Assembly: GCA_965116885.1 (NCBI GenBank)
Contig: OZ220741.1
Location: 2,336,001 to 2,400,000 of the forward strand
Direction of reading: 5' to 3'
DNA: 64,000 bases
Source of the DNA: Candidatus Latescibacterota bacterium
GTDB taxonomy: Bacteria; Latescibacterota; UBA2968
The notes below the pieces were generated by a model. It was not told where the DNA came from. It ran no database searches and was given only the letters and a program-made list of their open reading frames with translations. The position numbers and the translations under genes are program-made. The number at the start of each line of letters is the position of its first letter. The first letter of the stretch is position 1. Shown here in pieces: positions 10,486 through 19,797 of the stretch.

Positions 10486-11523
10486 ATGGGAAAGCAGCAA
10501 ATAGCAGCAACGACGCTCAACAAAGACGATTTGATCGTTATTTGTGGGGCGGGCGGTTTTATTGCTGGTGCGCTGACGCGATATTTTCACGATCAGGGCT
10601 TTGTGCGGCTTCGCGCTGTTGATAAGAAGCCTTTGCCCGAGTGGTACCAGCGCGTGCCGGGTGTGGAGAATTTGTGTTTGGATTTGAGCGATGAAGACAA
10701 TTGCAAGCGGGCCGTTGAGGGTGCTGTCGAAGTGTACAATCTCGCGGCGGATATGGGGGGAATGGGATTTATCGAGCGGTTCAGAATCGACTGTTTGCGG
10801 AGTATTCTGATCAATACCCATCTGATTGAAGCGGCTTATTGGGCGGGTGTTGGGCGGTATTTCTTTTCTTCTTCTGCCTGCGCGTATAATACTGAATTGC
10901 AGGAGGACCCCAATGTGCGCGCACTGAAAGAGTCAGATGCGTATCCGGCTATGGCAGAGCGCGGGTACGGTTGGGAGAAGTTGGTTTCGGAGATGTTTTG
11001 CGAGGAGTACTGGTCCGAACGCGGGATGAAGACGGCGATTGCGCGGTTCCACAATGTGTATGGTCCTTATGGGACGTGGGATGGGGGCCGGGAGAAGGCG
11101 CCTGCAGCACTTTGTCGCAAGGCGATTGAGGCCAAAGATTGTGGCAAGCTCGAGATTGATATTTGGGGCGATGGCAACCAGACGCGCAGTTTTATGTATG
11201 TTGACGATTGTATCAAAGGCGTCGATATGATTATGCACAGTGAGGATCTGGTTGCAACGCCTATTAATCTGGGTTCGAGTGAGCTGGTTTCTATCAATGA
11301 ACTGGTGAGTGTTATTGAGGAAATTGGCAGTATTAAACTCAATCGCACGTATGATTTGACTGCGCCTCAGGGCGTTGCTGGTCGCAATAGCGACAATGCG
11401 ATGATTAAAGAAATTCTCGACTGGGAGCCGGATACTTCTTTGCGAGACGGTATGGCTAAGACTTATGCCTGGATTGCACAGCAATATGCGGACCGGAAAG
11501 CGGGTAAGCGTACGGTGAGTTGA
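10486..11523 (+). CDS. GDP-mannose 3,5-epimerase (GME)-like extended SDR
   Basis: GAGGFIA, LAADMGGMGFI, SSSACAY, YGWEK, RFHNVYGPYGTWDGGREKAPAALCRK; these match GME signature motifs. Confidence 0.88.
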   Translation: MGKQQIAATTLNKDDLIVICGAGGFIAGALTRYFHDQGFVRLRAVDKKPLPEWYQRVPGVENLCLDLSDEDNCKRAVEGAVEVYNLAADMGGMGFIERFRIDCLRSILINTHLIEAAYWAGVGRYFFSSSACAYNTELQEDPNVRALKESDAYPAMAERGYGWEKLVSEMFCEEYWSERGMKTAIARFHNVYGPYGTWDGGREKAPAALCRKAIEAKDCGKLEIDIWGDGNQTRSFMYVDDCIKGVDMIMHSEDLVATPINLGSSELVSINELVSVIEEIGSIKLNRTYDLTAPQGVAGRNSDNAMIKEILDWEPDTSLRDGMAKTYAWIAQQYADRKAGKRTVS

Positions 11524-11639
11524 GAGAAGTGTGAAGTAGGAAGTGTGGAACGATGTACAATTGGTCGCATTCCAGACCAATTCACTGTGAAGAAGCACCC
11601 GCCATCTGCGTCCATCTGCGGATGCTTTTGGAGAATTAT

Positions 11640-12434
11640 ATGAGTAAAGATATTACGAGCGTTATTGGCAATATTCCCTTTCGCATGGCTTTTGCCGGTG
11701 GGTGGATTGATCAGCCGTTTTTGTCACAGCTCAATCCATCGCCTCCCGGGTCTATGGTTGTGGTTTCGCTCGAGCCGACCAGCCGTTTTATGAATCGCTG
11801 TGGTATGGCGACGAGTACGCGAGATGTTGCGATGAGGCTCTGGGGTTCTACGTTTCCCGACCGCGCGCCATCCGATCTGGTGAAGGAATTGTACACAGTT
11901 GAAAATGAGGGCAAGGCCGAGCCGTCGGGGTCGCAAGATATGGTCGGGTTGCTTTATCCAGGTGTGAGCAGGCTCGACTACGATTGCGAGTACGAGGGGG
12001 GGTATTTTCCGGTTCATATCGAGTCCAATAATGATCCCTATGTCGCGCGTTGGCTCGAGGATGTGATCTACATGGTTCCGGTTGCGCCGCGGCCCGATGG
12101 CTATGAGCCGTTGGGTGAGAAGAATTTGGATCCGATATGGATTGAGAGATTGAGTCAGTCGGGCAAGGATTGTTATGATGCGATTATTGCCAGAGATGCG
12201 CGTGGATTGGGCGCGTCGTTGAATGAGTGTATGGTGTGTTGGGAGACTCTTTTGCCGCATACGGTGCGCCACCCAACTATCCGGATTGATTTGATGGGTA
12301 TTCTGGAATATTATCAATCGAGATATGTTGGGGCGATGTATTCGGGTTGTGGCGGTGGGTATATTTACGTTGTGTCTGAAGAACCCGTGCCGGGCGCACT
12401 TCGCGTGGATGTTCGATATGATAAAGGGACGTGA
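11640..12434 (+). CDS. GHMP-kinase-like protein (HddA / sugar-1-kinase-like)
   Basis: PFRMAFAGGWIDQP, CGMATST, SGSQD, SGCGGGY; start taken at ATG 11640 behind GGAG. Confidence 0.72.
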   Translation: MSKDITSVIGNIPFRMAFAGGWIDQPFLSQLNPSPPGSMVVVSLEPTSRFMNRCGMATSTRDVAMRLWGSTFPDRAPSDLVKELYTVENEGKAEPSGSQDMVGLLYPGVSRLDYDCEYEGGYFPVHIESNNDPYVARWLEDVIYMVPVAPRPDGYEPLGEKNLDPIWIERLSQSGKDCYDAIIARDARGLGASLNECMVCWETLLPHTVRHPTIRIDLMGILEYYQSRYVGAMYSGCGGGYIYVVSEEPVPGALRVDVRYDKGT

Positions 12435-12435
12435 T

Positions 12436-13233
12436 ATGAAGACGGTCATTGTTTCAGGCAGTTTTGACGATATGAGGGCGCGCGATATCCGTTTTTTGCA
12501 AGAGGCTTCCCGATACGGATGTCTTCACGCGCTGGTGTGGGGGGATGATGCCATTGAAGGGCGACCCAAATTTCCACAAGAAGAACGCATGTATATGATG
12601 GATGCGATTCGCTATGTGGATCGCGCGACGCTTGTGACGGAATTGGCAGATAGAGACGGTCTTCCCGATGCGGTCCAGGCCGATATGTGGGTGGTGGATG
12701 AACGAGACGATACGCCGCAGAGACGACATTTTTGCGGTGTACACAATATTGCATATCGCGTTTTGACTGCAGATGATGTGAGGGGGTTTCCGGTAGGTGA
12801 GACAGCGGATGGGGATGCGAATCAAAAAAAAGTGATTGTTACGGGGTGTTTTGACTGGTTCCACTCCGGGCATATCCGATTTTTTGAAGAGGTGTCTGAG
12901 TTGGGCGATTTATACGTGGTTGTGGGGCACGATGCAAATGTCCGTTTGCTCAAGGGGGAACATCATCCGATGTTCGATGAAGACGAACGCCGATATGTGG
13001 TGCAATCTGTCCGTTTTGTCAAACAGGGGCTTATTTCCTCTGGCGATGGATGGATGGATGCCGCGCCTGAGATTGCGGTTATTAAACCGGATATTTACGC
13101 GGTGAATGAAGACGGTGATAAGCCGGAGAAGAGAGTTTTTTGTGAGGAACACGGTCTGGAATACGTCGTGTTAAAACGCGCGCCAAAGGAGGGATTGCCC
13201 CGCAGAGAAAGCACGGTTTTGCGAGGGTTTTGA
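12436..13233 (+). CDS. Tandem-domain HxGH nucleotidyltransferase (cytidylyl/adenylyltransferase family)
   Basis: C-terminal domain VTGCFDWFHSGH...EDERR...RRESTVLR; N-terminal copy VSGSFDDMRARD is degenerate. Confidence 0.85.
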   Translation: MKTVIVSGSFDDMRARDIRFLQEASRYGCLHALVWGDDAIEGRPKFPQEERMYMMDAIRYVDRATLVTELADRDGLPDAVQADMWVVDERDDTPQRRHFCGVHNIAYRVLTADDVRGFPVGETADGDANQKKVIVTGCFDWFHSGHIRFFEEVSELGDLYVVVGHDANVRLLKGEHHPMFDEDERRYVVQSVRFVKQGLISSGDGWMDAAPEIAVIKPDIYAVNEDGDKPEKRVFCEEHGLEYVVLKRAPKEGLPRRESTVLRGF

Positions 13234-13323
13234 TTCTTTACAATGAAACTTTATCGCGGAGCGTTTTGTCTTTGTATTTAGTGAAATTAAGACCTCTATA
13301 GCTCCAAATAACAGGATTGTGCG

Positions 13324-14856
13324 ATGTCAAATATTCTTCTCGATAAACCCGATATCGAATTGCATCTTAAAACGCTCGGCTTTGATAGAGAGCTTGCTTA
13401 TAGACTCTGGTGTTACCGCAATGGATTGGATACCGGTCTGGACAAGACCGCTGCTCAACGTCAGGCGGAAATTGATCTTTTGCAACGCGAGGTTGAGCAG
13501 CGCGATCCCGATGTTAGTCCGAGACACAATGCCCATCGCGCCAAATTTATTGCCCGTATCTTTAAAGGCGAGCTTCAGGACGAGACTGTCTCCGATTTGC
13601 TCTTTCGCATTCGCGCGATTTACAATAATCTCGATGGTGATCCCGATGCACAACGAGCATTGGGTCGTCTGGTTCTGCATGTTGAAAAATATGGCGACTT
13701 GATGCGGCCCGCACGCGCTTGCAAGCGTTTTGGTCATACGGTTGTCAATACCTATATCGCCGCTTTTGAGCAACTCGCTCGCAATCACGCGGATTGGATT
13801 CGGCCCGTTGAGGATTGGCGACCTAATAGCTATAAACCAGCGCACCAATTCTATAGCCTTGCGCGTCATCTTCTGGCACAATACGATGTGCCCACATTTT
13901 TTGATACGGCATTTTTGCAGGGCAATACACCAAAGGCGCGACAGGAACAAGCGTGGTTCATTCACGTTGGCATGGGGCAAAATATCCGCACAGCCGGTGT
14001 GCCTATGCGGATTACAAAGCGCATGGCGCATTTGCTTTTGCAAGAAAAACGCGGTTATCACACGGTTGTTCAGTGTCTTCGCAAGGTTCAGTATATAGCT
14101 TATGGCGGCAATCCGAAAAGTGCATGGGAAATTGCCCAGGGGCCGCTGGGGGAAGGATTCGAGAACGAAGATTTTTGGGAGACTGTTGTCCATTTTCTCG
14201 CCAATCAGGCTTTTCTCGAACGCAGCTATATCAATCCCATTATCGACTATATCCGCAATCAAAAATTCACGCCTCAGCGCATTCCGCAACCCGATGGCAC
14301 GGAGATCGAAGGTCCGCCGCCACATCCCAATTTTTGCATGAAGGGGCGCAGTATTAACAAGCTTCTCCGCCAGGTCGATGTATGGCATCAAGAGCTTACG
14401 GGTTTGGAAGATGTCGAGTTGGAAATCTGGGCGTCTTCTGGATTCAGGGAGTTTGAACACGTGACGCTGGATCCCAGGCTCAAACGCAATATTCAGTGGA
14501 CGGTTCACGAACTCATTACTTCGCAACAACTCTATGCCGAGGGGCGCATTATGCATCACTGCGCGGGGTCTTATGCCAAACGCTGTGCGGCGGGTGAGCG
14601 ATCTCTCTGGTCTTTGCGCGCGCTCGATCTCGACGCTGAGGAGGAAAATCAGGTGCAGGAGCATGTGCTTACCATTGAGGTCGATAATAAGAAAAAATCC
14701 GTCGTTCAAAACGCTGGCAAATTCAATCTCAAACCCTTTGGCAAAAAACATCTCGCCAAACAACGCCAAACGGGGAATGTCTATCTCCATCTCCTCCGCG
14801 AGGCGCCGACGATTATGCGTCTGTGGATGAATCGCGAAGGGTTGTCCCATGGATAG
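13324..14856 (+). CDS. PcfJ-like domain protein
   Basis: C-terminal WHQEL...HELITSQQLYAEGRIMHHCAGSYAKRC...SLWSLR...LTIEV pattern typical of PcfJ domains. Confidence 0.75.
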   Translation: MSNILLDKPDIELHLKTLGFDRELAYRLWCYRNGLDTGLDKTAAQRQAEIDLLQREVEQRDPDVSPRHNAHRAKFIARIFKGELQDETVSDLLFRIRAIYNNLDGDPDAQRALGRLVLHVEKYGDLMRPARACKRFGHTVVNTYIAAFEQLARNHADWIRPVEDWRPNSYKPAHQFYSLARHLLAQYDVPTFFDTAFLQGNTPKARQEQAWFIHVGMGQNIRTAGVPMRITKRMAHLLLQEKRGYHTVVQCLRKVQYIAYGGNPKSAWEIAQGPLGEGFENEDFWETVVHFLANQAFLERSYINPIIDYIRNQKFTPQRIPQPDGTEIEGPPPHPNFCMKGRSINKLLRQVDVWHQELTGLEDVELEIWASSGFREFEHVTLDPRLKRNIQWTVHELITSQQLYAEGRIMHHCAGSYAKRCAAGERSLWSLRALDLDAEEENQVQEHVLTIEVDNKKKSVVQNAGKFNLKPFGKKHLAKQRQTGNVYLHLLREAPTIMRLWMNREGLSHG

Positions 14857-15895
14857 TACTGCGATAGCCGGTCACGCGTTTCCCTTTGTCGAAGTTTCTG
14901 GTACGGCGTACGATATGGGTTATCAGCACGGCAAACAGGCTGCGGATCTCGTGCATAAATATCTCGTGTGGATTGATAAACTCACGGGCAAATCTCGCGA
15001 TGAACTCTGTCAAAGCGCGCGTGCTTTTCATCCCTTAATTAAAAAGCTGAGTCCGCTGCTTATGGAAGAGATTCGCGGGCTGGCCGATGGTGCGGATATT
15101 TCTTTTGACGAGGCGCTTTTGTGTCAGGCGCGGGGTGAAGCCGCCAGTGTTCCGCCCGAGGGGTGTACGGCTTTCGCGCTTACTGGCTCTGCGACTGCCG
15201 ATGGGTATCCTCTGGCCGGTCAAAATCAGGATCTCGCGGTCGAATACGCCGATGTCGCCATTCTTTTGCACGTCTGTCCTTCTGATGGTCGGCCCCGGGC
15301 ATTGCTTTTCACTTTTGCGGGACAGTTGGGTTATTCGGGTATGAATCAGTACGGTCTGGCTCATTTTGCCAATGCGCTTTACGATTGCCCCTGGCAGATG
15401 GGCTTGCCTCACTATCCGCTCAAACGCATTATGCTGGAGCAGAAGGGTCTGGATACCTGTCTTCGGATTCTCAGACGGCATCCTACCTGTTCGGCCGGGA
15501 ATATGGTTTTTTGTTTTGGCGATGGGCAGATTGCCGATCTGGAAATCCGCCCCGAAGGCGTGATGCAATTTACCGATACACATCCCGATGCGATTGTTCA
15601 CGCCAATCACTATCTCACGCCCGAATTTGCACCCTGCGAAACCAATAGTCTTGCGGATTCTTGCCCTCGGCGCGATAGGATGCGCGATCTGGTCAAAGAA
15701 CACTGGGGCGATATTACGGTGGATACGATGAAGGCCATTCTCTCGGATCACGATGGCGACCCGGCAGCGATATGTCGCCACGGTGCTGTAGATATGTTTT
15801 CTATTTCGGGTTATATCGCCGAACCCGCAAAGGGGTTGCTCCACGTGAGACGCGGACTGGGCTGTACGGGAACGTGGACGGCTTATGAGGTGTAG
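14849..15895 (+). CDS. C45 family autoproteolytic acyltransferase/hydrolase (Ntn fold)
   Basis: GTAYDMGYQHG, EEIRGLADGA, G-CTAF nucleophile, GQNQD, GMNQYGL, HANHY. Confidence 0.85.
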   Translation: MDSTAIAGHAFPFVEVSGTAYDMGYQHGKQAADLVHKYLVWIDKLTGKSRDELCQSARAFHPLIKKLSPLLMEEIRGLADGADISFDEALLCQARGEAASVPPEGCTAFALTGSATADGYPLAGQNQDLAVEYADVAILLHVCPSDGRPRALLFTFAGQLGYSGMNQYGLAHFANALYDCPWQMGLPHYPLKRIMLEQKGLDTCLRILRRHPTCSAGNMVFCFGDGQIADLEIRPEGVMQFTDTHPDAIVHANHYLTPEFAPCETNSLADSCPRRDRMRDLVKEHWGDITVDTMKAILSDHDGDPAAICRHGAVDMFSISGYIAEPAKGLLHVRRGLGCTGTWTAYEV

Positions 15896-15902
15896 TGTTT
15901 TT

Positions 15903-16841
15903 TCAGGGGGTCCAGGTTTTGGCGCGTTCGGCGTAGTCCCGGGCCTGGGCAGGGATATTTACGCCGACTTCTTCGGACCAGGCTGCGAGGAGCTGTTGAT
16001 AGATGGGGCCGGGTTTGCCGGTGCCGACGGGTTGGAAGTTGAAGCGGGTGATGGGTACCATACAGATGGTGGTTGATGTGTACCAGGCTTCGTCGGCTTC
16101 TCGCACGTCGTAGGGTTCGATGTCGGTTTCATAGACGGGGATGTTCAGTCTTGTAGCGAGGTCCATGCAGACCTGCCGGGAGACGCCGCGCAGGATGTCG
16201 TGTGGTTTGGGTGTGTGGATTTCGCCATTGCGGGCGATGAAGAAATTGGTGCCAGTGCCTTCGGTGATAAAGCCGCGTTCGTCGGTGAGGAGGGCGTTGG
16301 CACCTTTTTCCATGCGTTGAGCCTGGAGGTTGGCAATCTGGTAGTAGATGCGGCTGCGGTTTTTGGCTTTGGGGTCGATATACCGGGCGGGTACGGATTG
16401 CTGGGGCGTGATGACGAAGTGAGTGCCCTGTTCGTAATAGTGGGCACTGCCTCCAATGTGGCGCACGAGTGGGATGACGTTGATGGTGACGATGGGACTG
16501 GCACCTTCTGTGACGAGGGTGTCGTAAAAACCCAGGGCACCCCGGGTGACGTTGTGCATGATCTGAAAGTCCAGATTTTCCAGGGCGGGCAGATTTTTTT
16601 TTCTCGTTTGGTGTGTGGCGTCTTCCATCTGGTCGATGCTGAGGCCGCAGTCGATTTCGGCGTATTTCATGGAGGCGTACAGGCGTTTTAAATGGTTGCG
16701 AAGGCAGTAGGGTTTTTGCTTGAAGGAGCGGGTCATTTCAAATACCATGTCTCCAAACATCAGGGCGGAGTCGAAGATGGAGATACGGGCTTCGCGTTCG
16801 GGAACGAAATTTCCGTTGAAATAGACGAGGCGCTGGGGCAT
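15903..16841 (-). CDS. Class IV PLP-dependent aminotransferase (IlvE/Dat/PabC-like)
   Basis: YFNGNFVP, SIFDSALMFGDMVFE, HLKRL, KAK, ITEGTGTNFF, ILRGVSR, ADEAW, GKPGPI. Confidence 0.9.
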   Translation of the reverse strand: MPQRLVYFNGNFVPEREARISIFDSALMFGDMVFEMTRSFKQKPYCLRNHLKRLYASMKYAEIDCGLSIDQMEDATHQTRKKNLPALENLDFQIMHNVTRGALGFYDTLVTEGASPIVTINVIPLVRHIGGSAHYYEQGTHFVITPQQSVPARYIDPKAKNRSRIYYQIANLQAQRMEKGANALLTDERGFITEGTGTNFFIARNGEIHTPKPHDILRGVSRQVCMDLATRLNIPVYETDIEPYDVREADEAWYTSTTICMVPITRFNFQPVGTGKPGPIYQQLLAAWSEEVGVNIPAQARDYAERAKTWTP

Positions 16842-16930
16842 GGGGAGGCCTTTCGTGAGGGTCGGAGATTGGGAAAAGGATTGTTATATATACGACAATT
16901 TTTTTGAAATTCAAATTGTCCTGAAGGAGG

Positions 16931-18196
16931 ATGGCGATGAAGATCACGGAGATTGAGGTGATTCCGCTTCGGGTCCCGTATGAGGCGCGTATCCGGAAGG
17001 CGTATTATCATTTTGCGATGAAGGAAGAGGTGACGGTTTATAAGTTTCATACGGATACGGGGCTGATAGGGTTGGGGGAGAATGTGGGTTCGCCGTTTGG
17101 TCAGGAGATGCTGGATGCCTATATCGGGACGGATCCATTTGACCATGTGATGGGGCAGGGGCGATTTAATCTGGATATGGCGTGCTACGATTTGATGGGC
17201 AAGCATCTGGGGTTGCCGGCATGGAAGTTGATGGGGCAGCAGGTGCGTCAGTGGGTGTCTATGGGGTGGTGGATGCCGTGTATGTCGGTGGAGGATACCG
17301 CGGCGGAGGTGCAGGTGGCGGTGGAGCGGGGGTTCCGGGGGTTAAAGTGCAAGGCGCGGGCGTTTTACGATGTGGTGGCATGCGCGCAGGCGATTCAGGA
17401 TGTCGCGCCGGTGGATTTTCGGGTGGAGTTCGATTTTAACGGGGCGCTGATTTGTGTGGAGAAAGCGTTGCCAGTGTTGCAGGAGTTGGAGAAGATTCCG
17501 GTGGTGAAGGGGGTGGAGGAGCCAATTTTTGCGTATGATGTTGAAGGGTGGCGCAGGCTGCATGAGGCGATTCGAATACCGTTCTATCTGCACGGGGTGC
17601 GGGTGCTGTGTGAGGCGGCGTCGCGGCAGCCGTCGGGACCGTGGATAGGTCTTCGAGCGGGCGATTTTGATGGGGCACTTTGTAGCCACGAGTGTGTGCG
17701 AGATGCACTGGCGGCGGCCTGGACTTTTGCAGCGGCGAATACGCCGATTTTGTTGCAGTATGTGGGGACGGGGATTACGACGGCGTTTGCGCTTCAGTTG
17801 GGTGCGGTGATGCCGACGGCGACGCTGCCGGGGGTGACGGCGAGCCATTCTTATGAGGACGATTTGATTGTGGATGCACATTCGATGCAGCGCGGGTTTA
17901 TGAAGGTTCCAGAGGGACCTGGTCTGGGCGTGGTGCTGGATGAGGATGCCGTGGCGAAGTATCGGGAGACACCTGCTGTGGAATGGCCCCGGCATGTTTC
18001 GGTGGTAACGCTGCCGGGTGGTATCAAACATTTTTATAAAAATTTGCAGCAGGCAGAGCGGCTGATGAAACAGGGGGTGGATGAGTCGTTTGCGCCAGGT
18101 GTGCATCTGGATGAGTGGGAGGACGATGGGAGCGAGGAATTTGATAGGCTGTGGACCCAATTGCAGGCGCAGGATGCGCCGATTTGGGATGGGTAA
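16931..18196 (+). CDS. Mandelate racemase / muconate lactonizing (enolase superfamily) enzyme with a C-terminal extension
   Basis: MKITEIEV, TDTGLIGLGE, DMACYDLMGK, KxK (KCK), DFN, EEP, PEGPGLGV. Confidence 0.85.
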   Translation: MAMKITEIEVIPLRVPYEARIRKAYYHFAMKEEVTVYKFHTDTGLIGLGENVGSPFGQEMLDAYIGTDPFDHVMGQGRFNLDMACYDLMGKHLGLPAWKLMGQQVRQWVSMGWWMPCMSVEDTAAEVQVAVERGFRGLKCKARAFYDVVACAQAIQDVAPVDFRVEFDFNGALICVEKALPVLQELEKIPVVKGVEEPIFAYDVEGWRRLHEAIRIPFYLHGVRVLCEAASRQPSGPWIGLRAGDFDGALCSHECVRDALAAAWTFAAANTPILLQYVGTGITTAFALQLGAVMPTATLPGVTASHSYEDDLIVDAHSMQRGFMKVPEGPGLGVVLDEDAVAKYRETPAVEWPRHVSVVTLPGGIKHFYKNLQQAERLMKQGVDESFAPGVHLDEWEDDGSEEFDRLWTQLQAQDAPIWDG

Positions 18197-18198
18197 AG

Positions 18199-19746
18199 AT
18201 GAGATGGTTTCTAATAGCATTGTTGCTGTGGCCCCTGTGTGGGCAGGCTGAGGAGAGCGCGGTGATGCAGATTGAGACGACGATTGATTTTGGCAAAGAT
18301 GTGGGGCAGAACTGGGGTACGCTGTTTGAGGCGCGAGATGCAGAGGGTCGCACAGTTTTGGGCGCGGGGTTTACAGGTGTGTATAATACGGCGTTTCGCA
18401 TGGATCGCTATACGTTGCAGTTTTTTGTGCGGGATGATGAAGCGGAGATGAAATTTGAGACGCTGCCGCCTTCGACGGAGGATGGGGGGAGTTATCTGTT
18501 CGATCTGGATGGCCGGGTGTACGCGTGTAGCTACCATCAGGATCGGACTGCGAGAGCGTGGGACGATGTAGCAGGTGCCTGGCGGGTGGATGAGAGTTTT
18601 GACGTGGGTGAGACGGTGAGTGGGGAGGGCAAGATGCGGGTTGCGGGAAAGGTGCTTCAGTTTAAGGGAGGTGAGGCGTGGTATGATGGGGAGCGGGTTC
18701 TCGCAAAACCAGTGTCCGGATATTACCATCATTTTTATTACGCGCTGGGATATTTGACGTTTTTCTATAAGAATGAGGAGGTGGGACAGCCGTACACGAG
18801 ATTGTACGCGGTGTCTTGGGTGCCGGGAGATGGGGCGGTTGATCTGGAGAAGGCAGTGGTGCTCGATCTGAAGTACGATCGGGAGACGCCGTTTGCCATT
18901 GGGCAGCTTGGGAATGAGATTGTAAATTCGTCCAATATGGGCGGAATATATGCGTTTGACGGGGAGAGGTGGAAGGTGTTGCGCGCATCATTGGAGGGGG
19001 TGAGTTTTCAGCTTTATTCGATGCTGAATTGGTATGATAAGCTGTTGATGTCGCAGTATCCAACGGGTAATTTGTTTATTTACGATGGGGAGGAGGTTCG
19101 TCACCTGAAGGATTGGCCGCCTGTGATGCCGGGTGTGTCGGATAGGGTGCGAGAGGCGCAAACAACGGGGTTTTACGGTGGGGATCTCTATGTGGGGGTA
19201 TGGCCGTGGTCCGAGTTGTGGCGATACGATGCACACAGGGATCACTGGCAGTTTGTGAAGCGGATGTTCCGGCGTCCGCCAATTACGGATGAGATGAATC
19301 ATCCGTGGGAAGATCGGGTTGTGGCGTATAATGAAGGTCACGATGGCGATATGGTGCTTAATAACTGGGGACAGCGCGTGACGGGGTTGGCTCCGATGGG
19401 GGACGCGCTCTATCTTTCCGTGAGTGCCAAGGGGTGCCCCGAGCGAGATATGCGGCTTGCGTTTTTGCACGATGACGAGGTGTGGGATGAGTACCGCGTG
19501 GTGCATCGGTTGAAAAAGCCGGGTCATGTTTCTGTGCCGGTTGCGTGGCGCGAAGAGCCGACGACGCTGTTGTTCACGGTTGGCGAGGCGGAGATCAGTA
19601 TCAGGCAGGATGGGAAACTTCTGGGGACGGCGCCCGTTCGACGGGCACAGGTGGAGCAGGTGGTGAGGAAGGCCGAGGTTCAGTGGGAATACGGGATGTA
19701 TGGACCGCTGCGAGCGGGGTTGCTGTCAAAGGCGGTGGAACGGTAG
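18199..19746 (+). CDS. Secreted hypothetical protein, probably a beta-propeller
   Basis: Signal peptide MRWFLIALLLWPLCGQA; beta-rich repeats such as GGIYAFDGERW, GNLFIYDGEEV, SELWRYD. Confidence 0.7.
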   Translation: MRWFLIALLLWPLCGQAEESAVMQIETTIDFGKDVGQNWGTLFEARDAEGRTVLGAGFTGVYNTAFRMDRYTLQFFVRDDEAEMKFETLPPSTEDGGSYLFDLDGRVYACSYHQDRTARAWDDVAGAWRVDESFDVGETVSGEGKMRVAGKVLQFKGGEAWYDGERVLAKPVSGYYHHFYYALGYLTFFYKNEEVGQPYTRLYAVSWVPGDGAVDLEKAVVLDLKYDRETPFAIGQLGNEIVNSSNMGGIYAFDGERWKVLRASLEGVSFQLYSMLNWYDKLLMSQYPTGNLFIYDGEEVRHLKDWPPVMPGVSDRVREAQTTGFYGGDLYVGVWPWSELWRYDAHRDHWQFVKRMFRRPPITDEMNHPWEDRVVAYNEGHDGDMVLNNWGQRVTGLAPMGDALYLSVSAKGCPERDMRLAFLHDDEVWDEYRVVHRLKKPGHVSVPVAWREEPTTLLFTVGEAEISIRQDGKLLGTAPVRRAQVEQVVRKAEVQWEYGMYGPLRAGLLSKAVER

Positions 19747-19797
19747 TTCGTGCAGGGACGGCCATTTGCACACATATTCTAATTCTGGAGGAGACGC

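Noticed and set aside
11524..11625. Short degenerate repeats (GAAGTGT-like heptamers; CCATCTGCG x2) and GGTGAAG repeats at the glcB end
   Set aside because: Too short and low-copy to support a function; common intergenic filler
13327..14850. 507-aa antisense ORF covering the PcfJ-like gene
   Set aside because: It is codon-aligned with the sense gene, so it is explained by avoidance of TTA/CTA/TCA codons; it has no recognisable motifs
14849..15895. Beta-lactam biosynthesis (isopenicillin N acyltransferase)
   Set aside because: C45 proteins are widespread, and no ACV synthetase or IPNS gene is nearby
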